A stretch of 64,000 bases of DNA from an archaeon (GTDB lineage: Archaea; EX4484-52; WAPT01): NCBI GenBank assembly GCA_029258795.1, contig JAPDKB010000002.1, positions 160,001 through 224,000 on the forward strand. Direction: 5' to 3'. The translations under genes were made by a program, and so were the position numbers. The notes beneath the pieces were generated by a model. That model saw nothing but the letters and a program-made list of their open reading frames with translations. It ran no database searches and was not told the origin of the DNA. Below, in pieces: positions 61,501-64,000 of this stretch; positions within the stretch are counted from its first letter, which is position 1, and every line of letters starts with the position of its first letter.

Positions 61501-64000
61501 AATGTGCAGTTTCCAAGGCCAAAGCAGTTTTTGGAAACACTCCCTATCTTCACTGTGAAGTTTCCGTGCAATGGCTGGCCATTTGTTGCGTTAATATAGT
61601 TTCCAGCCGTTATTGTGTAGATTGAGCAGTCGTCATCCGAAACAAAATCAGGAACTATGACATAGTCTTTGGTGAAATTGGCCGGCCACCTGACTTTCAA
61701 AATTGTGGAGTTTTTCCCATCAATTCCGTTGGGGTCTGTTAGATTAACCCTGACAACGTAGTCTCCTGCTTCCAGAGGAGCGTGGAACGCATACTTATAG
61801 TGACCGGAAGTATTCGTGAAGACCAAAGCTTTTTTCACTTCTGCGGACTTGAAGTTTGCCGGATCGGCAAGCTTGTAGACCCTCACATAATCAATATACA
61901 ACCTGTCTGCCCTGTTGTCCGTCCACTGTCCTTGCGAAAAGAACAGTTTTTTGGGATTGGAATGATAGTTCGGAAAGTTAACCGAAAACGAGTTTACCTC
62001 GTCATAATACGTAACTGTCGGTGCAAAATAAAGCCTTTCAGTCCTCCACTCACCCGGGACCACAGTCCATGGAGAATAGCCCATATCCACTGCATTTCCA
62101 CTATCATCCACTTCGTATATCACATGCCTATAGTCCGAAGTATCTGTGTAGAAAGATGTGAGCACGGCCAACCCACTGTACACTGCTGGATTTGCAACTA
62201 CTGGGCTCATCATGTCCGCATTTTCAACAAGAGCAAATTTAGTGTATTCGGGGGTGGAATCCAAAATTTTCCATCTGTATTCCACAATTATTCCCGTGGT
62301 GAACGTTTTTTTGCTCAATATCCTGTCGGAATCAGCAATCCCGAGCTTCCCGCCAAGCGAGAGATATCCGTTCTCCACCGTAAGGTTCAGACCGGAATAA
62401 CTGTCCCATTTGGTTGTGTTAAGGACAGAGCAATCGAACCCATCAAAAAACTCGAACACTCTCTCTGGATCGTGGTAGCCGCTCCATGTGGCAAGCGGAT
62501 CGCCATAAGCGATGTTGATACCAGTAGAGCCGCTGCTCACATTGATCCAGATCACTGCGGTTTGGTTTGAGTAGTCCCACTCTTCTATCCAGAAATAAAG
62601 CTGGTTTCCGTTCTGGTCGAAAACTCGGATGTCTTCTCCTGTGCTTTTGACCCTATTCCAGAAGTTGTTGTTCGTGGCGGATATTTCTACATCCCCCATT
62701 ACATTGTAAACGGTCCAGTTTGTTCCGTTAATGACTATCCTGTAGTTTGCACTCTCTGATAGAGCGTTGGTTAGTGAGAAACCCATTTGTTCGGGCCAGG
62801 TTTCAGTGTTAGGGTTAATGATCTGATCATCTATCCAGATGAAAGCGGGGTTGTTGGAGACAGGACTGTTATCCTCATATATTGCTCTTCCGTAAACCAA
62901 CACACTCTGGTTTGGAAGTGTAAAGGTAACGTTTTCGTAGGTGGTGATAGATATATTTCTCACACGATAAGTATAATTGGTATTTAGAACACTACCTTTT
63001 ATCCCATTGGCTGATACACCAGAAACATTAGCCAAGAAACTATAATGGCCGGTAATTGAAGGAGCAGTGCCAACAGTCTCGTTGGTTTGCCATGTTCCAT
63101 CACTGATATGCACAAGAGTGTAGTTCTTCCCGTCCACCTCTAACTGGAAGCTTCCGGATGTGACATCAAAATAATTCGTGCCGTTGAACTCTCTTATCTC
63201 CACGGTAAGGTTGTAGCCTTCTCCCGGATTAAGGATATTGTCAAACTCTCCGTGCTCGTCCAGCAAGTTGAACCGGTCAAAAGTGAGATTTCTAACATCA
63301 AAAATGATGGATTTCTTGGCATTTCTCGCGTCCCAGACCGCGGTGATGTTGTGCACGCCCAAACTTGTGGGAGCTGTGAACGTGTAGGAGTAAACCAGAG
63401 CTTCATCGGACACTGTTTTACCAATAACAACACCATCAAGCAGGATGGTCACGTTCTGGTTTGGTGCTGCTAACACGTCAGAACAAACATAATAAGAAGA
63501 CAAGGTCTGGTTGGTCAAATAACCACAATATCTCGTTTCACCAGATATCGTCAGGGAATCCCCAGGATTCACCACCAGATCAATATCATTCAGAAAACCC
63601 GATATAGTAGTAGCCACAAACACCGAACCATTATCACCATGTTCGTATCCTGTTCCTCCTTTAGCTTCTATACTCCCATCAAACAGGAACTGACTGGCAT
63701 AAATGGCTATTCTTCCTCCTGATCCTCCTCCGCCATCGTAATCAATATTTCCTCCATCGCCACCATCAGCATGTATCGTTCCATTTCCTTCCATCTTATT
63801 TACCACGATAAGAATAGAACCTCCCGATCCTCCTCCCGCTCCTTGCTTAGGAGAATCACCTTCCGTTCCACCATTCCCTCCGTTTGCAGATAAGGTTCCA
63901 TTTATGATGAAAATGTTCGTGACGTTCAGGAATATCATCCCCCCTCCATATCCTCCTTTAGCACCTTGAGCATTACCTCCTCCTGATCCAAAATCAGTTG
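55542..64000 (-). CDS. Giant (>2818 aa, 5' end beyond the window) surface protein: Gly-rich repeats, DUF2341-like domain, Ig/CARDB-like repeats, Cys module, TM helix and cytoplasmic HerA/VirB4-like (DUF87) ATPase
   Basis: Frame is open past 64000 (TDFGSGGG...). GEDIRVFD..GNQLYFWIE, repeated N.GN strands, CGNGVCEYGESPYNCPADC, TM followed by RRRK, Walker A GATGSGKT, VFDPTAQW, Walker B LIFDEVH, RKWG, ISQ. Confidence 0.92.
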   Translation of the reverse strand, partial: TDFGSGGGNAQGAKGGYGGGMIFLNVTNIFIINGTLSANGGNGGTEGDSPKQGAGGGSGGSILIVVNKMEGNGTIHADGGDGGNIDYDGGGGSGGRIAIYASQFLFDGSIEAKGGTGYEHGDNGSVFVATTISGFLNDIDLVVNPGDSLTISGETRYCGYLTNQTLSSYYVCSDVLAAPNQNVTILLDGVVIGKTVSDEALVYSYTFTAPTSLGVHNITAVWDARNAKKSIIFDVRNLTFDRFNLLDEHGEFDNILNPGEGYNLTVEIREFNGTNYFDVTSGSFQLEVDGKNYTLVHISDGTWQTNETVGTAPSITGHYSFLANVSGVSANGIKGSVLNTNYTYRVRNISITTYENVTFTLPNQSVLVYGRAIYEDNSPVSNNPAFIWIDDQIINPNTETWPEQMGFSLTNALSESANYRIVINGTNWTVYNVMGDVEISATNNNFWNRVKSTGEDIRVFDQNGNQLYFWIEEWDYSNQTAVIWINVSSGSTGINIAYGDPLATWSGYHDPERVFEFFDGFDCSVLNTTKWDSYSGLNLTVENGYLSLGGKLGIADSDRILSKKTFTTGIIVEYRWKILDSTPEYTKFALVENADMMSPVVANPAVYSGLAVLTSFYTDTSDYRHVIYEVDDSGNAVDMGYSPWTVVPGEWRTERLYFAPTVTYYDEVNSFSVNFPNYHSNPKKLFFSQGQWTDNRADRLYIDYVRVYKLADPANFKSAEVKKALVFTNTSGHYKYAFHAPLEAGDYVVRVNLTDPNGIDGKNSTILKVRWPANFTKDYVIVPDFVSDDDCSIYTITAGNYINATNGQPLHGNFTVKIGSVSKNCFGLGNCTLTFSFGDPSYGCEQRGGNLTVVVHVENETALYFPHDDAFEYFFDEKTTTATLKAYDIVVYNVSTTQDKIVSFNMTINNTGRATMRNIRVERYSGSFNVTNTTLIPDVPPETAINITFYMTIPAGTSPATYKQVYKLIWNNNENSESFVYSNQQNVHVVGNPEITPNITAINDTMEHGTSRTYVILINNTGNAELYDVWINYTAKTLPSQTVSISPSYFSVIYPEESKTTCITITLPAGFPPGNYTGEINISANLGKFDERIKILPVNIQVPVNTTYSIKVFYPNSTQAPFLNLTFPLNTNGSAGYIIIRNTGNVPLNFTITYEDIAGYANPTRQDPKIMIIDKYYNGTVYNPSHVYLEEQEEKRIDFFQEGSYLATTYATNITFRNSTALPQERSAPLYMTYLDMPPYISDLAYKEMIEIGTQQVVTARFDDDQDMLSLIKMKVTHPNGTVTEIVCEQSPSIPDGYHSCVYTPDVGGVYTGELVACDSGSKCSSESFSFEALERTRLSITPATTNVRVDNVSLLEGRSISVLLNVTNEGNVNAYNINVTASPPPGTSWSVGKCARAQIAPNESMDCLLSLYITNGTPPSTYAIQPYVEWLNPNPSFYDKVSSDPVLINVTPTRIVNITSMSQSVTARHNATMLGWILVESQGNDNAENVTFACAYQPGLCPYVHFVPSTITSLSPGASGNVTVRIELPAGFAPGTYIPALRACTPEMCDEKTMEVSIPEDSSWEINATQLNIPAVANMSGNRALLIKNLGNVQLKFYFSLEGNITDVLSINETSTSLAKQNNYSLLLSWNKIPSANHYEGNITIQEVNYNQIMKVKVVMDVYEAELNVISPSQTDPYTNMLANEIIKVNVSFTLANNPISSDSEFHVYVDNEECTSTVSYSVGYWNMECVLPEVEDGKFHNLTVVATYNVYGFTVRATAVNSIHYKDITPPSITSTNETVKDGILSAEVKVKDNVGVSGVDATITYPSGAEEKLTLSYNSTKDVWKLGNYYLNESGDYQIAYTAFDSTGNNASVSVWVRDTPLITLAIISPNQTQVVMKKSNANFVFYNFTITNTKVVNVKQGLYDIEAISPYEEIMVNDANLTNDSILEITELNPKLVPLTGVKARYRAIMYNTDIPLKNITIVFNVLPYLDQVSDLSHLAVYKCTNYSVESGICESNFTMITPTINYARAEVRIDLNESDPLLVLAEPESEISAICGNGVCEYGESPYNCPADCPAPQPKVVSSGGGTTVVNELDEEELIEKLLEKLGKKDFVVQTQSIDLTLYQGEKTMKNIYVFNLLDKQAEFVATIYGDVIPLAKLYSPLIRVDAKREGYFIVEFDIPEDAETRTYTGVLKISAENQSTTVPITIKVLQKPEELMDMKINLLQDAVDPGDTLKVQVELFNLGKTKRVDANVTIELVDPDTLETVAAKTETMAVETSLTKILTLKIPENLEKKKYMVKATASYISASRPLQATAMQYVEVGVPFLEKKTPLGLKVKELAILMQMSGVIAGATYFYWQRRRKLAKKKMDTPIDVHHLPKPTTSSLFIGNIAGKAIRAFIHPNHLSTHVMIAGATGSGKTISAMVMAEELLLKGKSVIVFDPTAQWTGFLRKCKEDFMLKKYKEFGMKKEDARGFAGKIKVVEDAYEKVDVKELLSQKGRITIFVLNKLSHKEIEDFVVNFISSIFNSNMEESHELKAALIFDEVHRLLPKFGGTGKGFLAIEKATREFRKWGIGLMLISQVLSDFVGEIRANIGMEIQFRTRYENDLERVRMKYGDIYMASVVKAGVGTGMLVFSEYNRGRPYFVEFRPILHQVTRLSDEELAKYVAYDKKLERIRMIVKLLKAKGIDVFELETELKLADSKLAQGRFEMVELYLSSLEKNAFEKARIHGIDLKALKKEKISKEELESFVGKARVETAEDLAIYLSKLYEELKDKVVDLKAKGVDVFDAEMELETLEPKIRMASAEKNVKELRRIKERMERLKAGLFKVEEHV

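Overview
Gene-dense archaeal chromosome segment, most consistent with a thermophilic DPANN-type archaeon. This taxon is inferred from the archaeal information-processing genes, the E/K-rich proteins and the DPANN-like surface and coiled-coil proteins; it is not proven. Housekeeping genes include proS, hisS, alaS, EF-1alpha, rpsJ, aIF5A, deoxyhypusine synthase, RNase Z, CCA enzyme, Trm14-like methylase, Nob1, Mre11, adk, cmk, ppaC, thioredoxin and a TET peptidase. Accessory content: a >1266-aa Cys-rich repeat surface protein missed by the ORF track (minus strand, runs off the left edge), a decayed IS6 fragment, a five-gene class III signal peptide (type IV pilin-like) operon, three ATPase-less coiled-coil proteins, an MNT-HEPN toxin-antitoxin pair, a solo Cas4 and a TusA + split YeeE sulfur module. 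Three features stand out. (1) A >2800-aa protein fuses a huge Ig-like extracellular stalk, through one TM helix, to a cytoplasmic HerA/VirB4/FtsK-type ATPase, and is coupled to a coiled-coil partner gene. (2) tRNA-Met(CAT) and tRNA-Cys(GCA) carry homologous ~50-nt T-loop (59/60) introns whose covariation supports two mutually exclusive folds. (3) The tRNA-Met anticodon intron contains a K-turn plus an antisense element that fits the C/D N+5 rule for its own C34.
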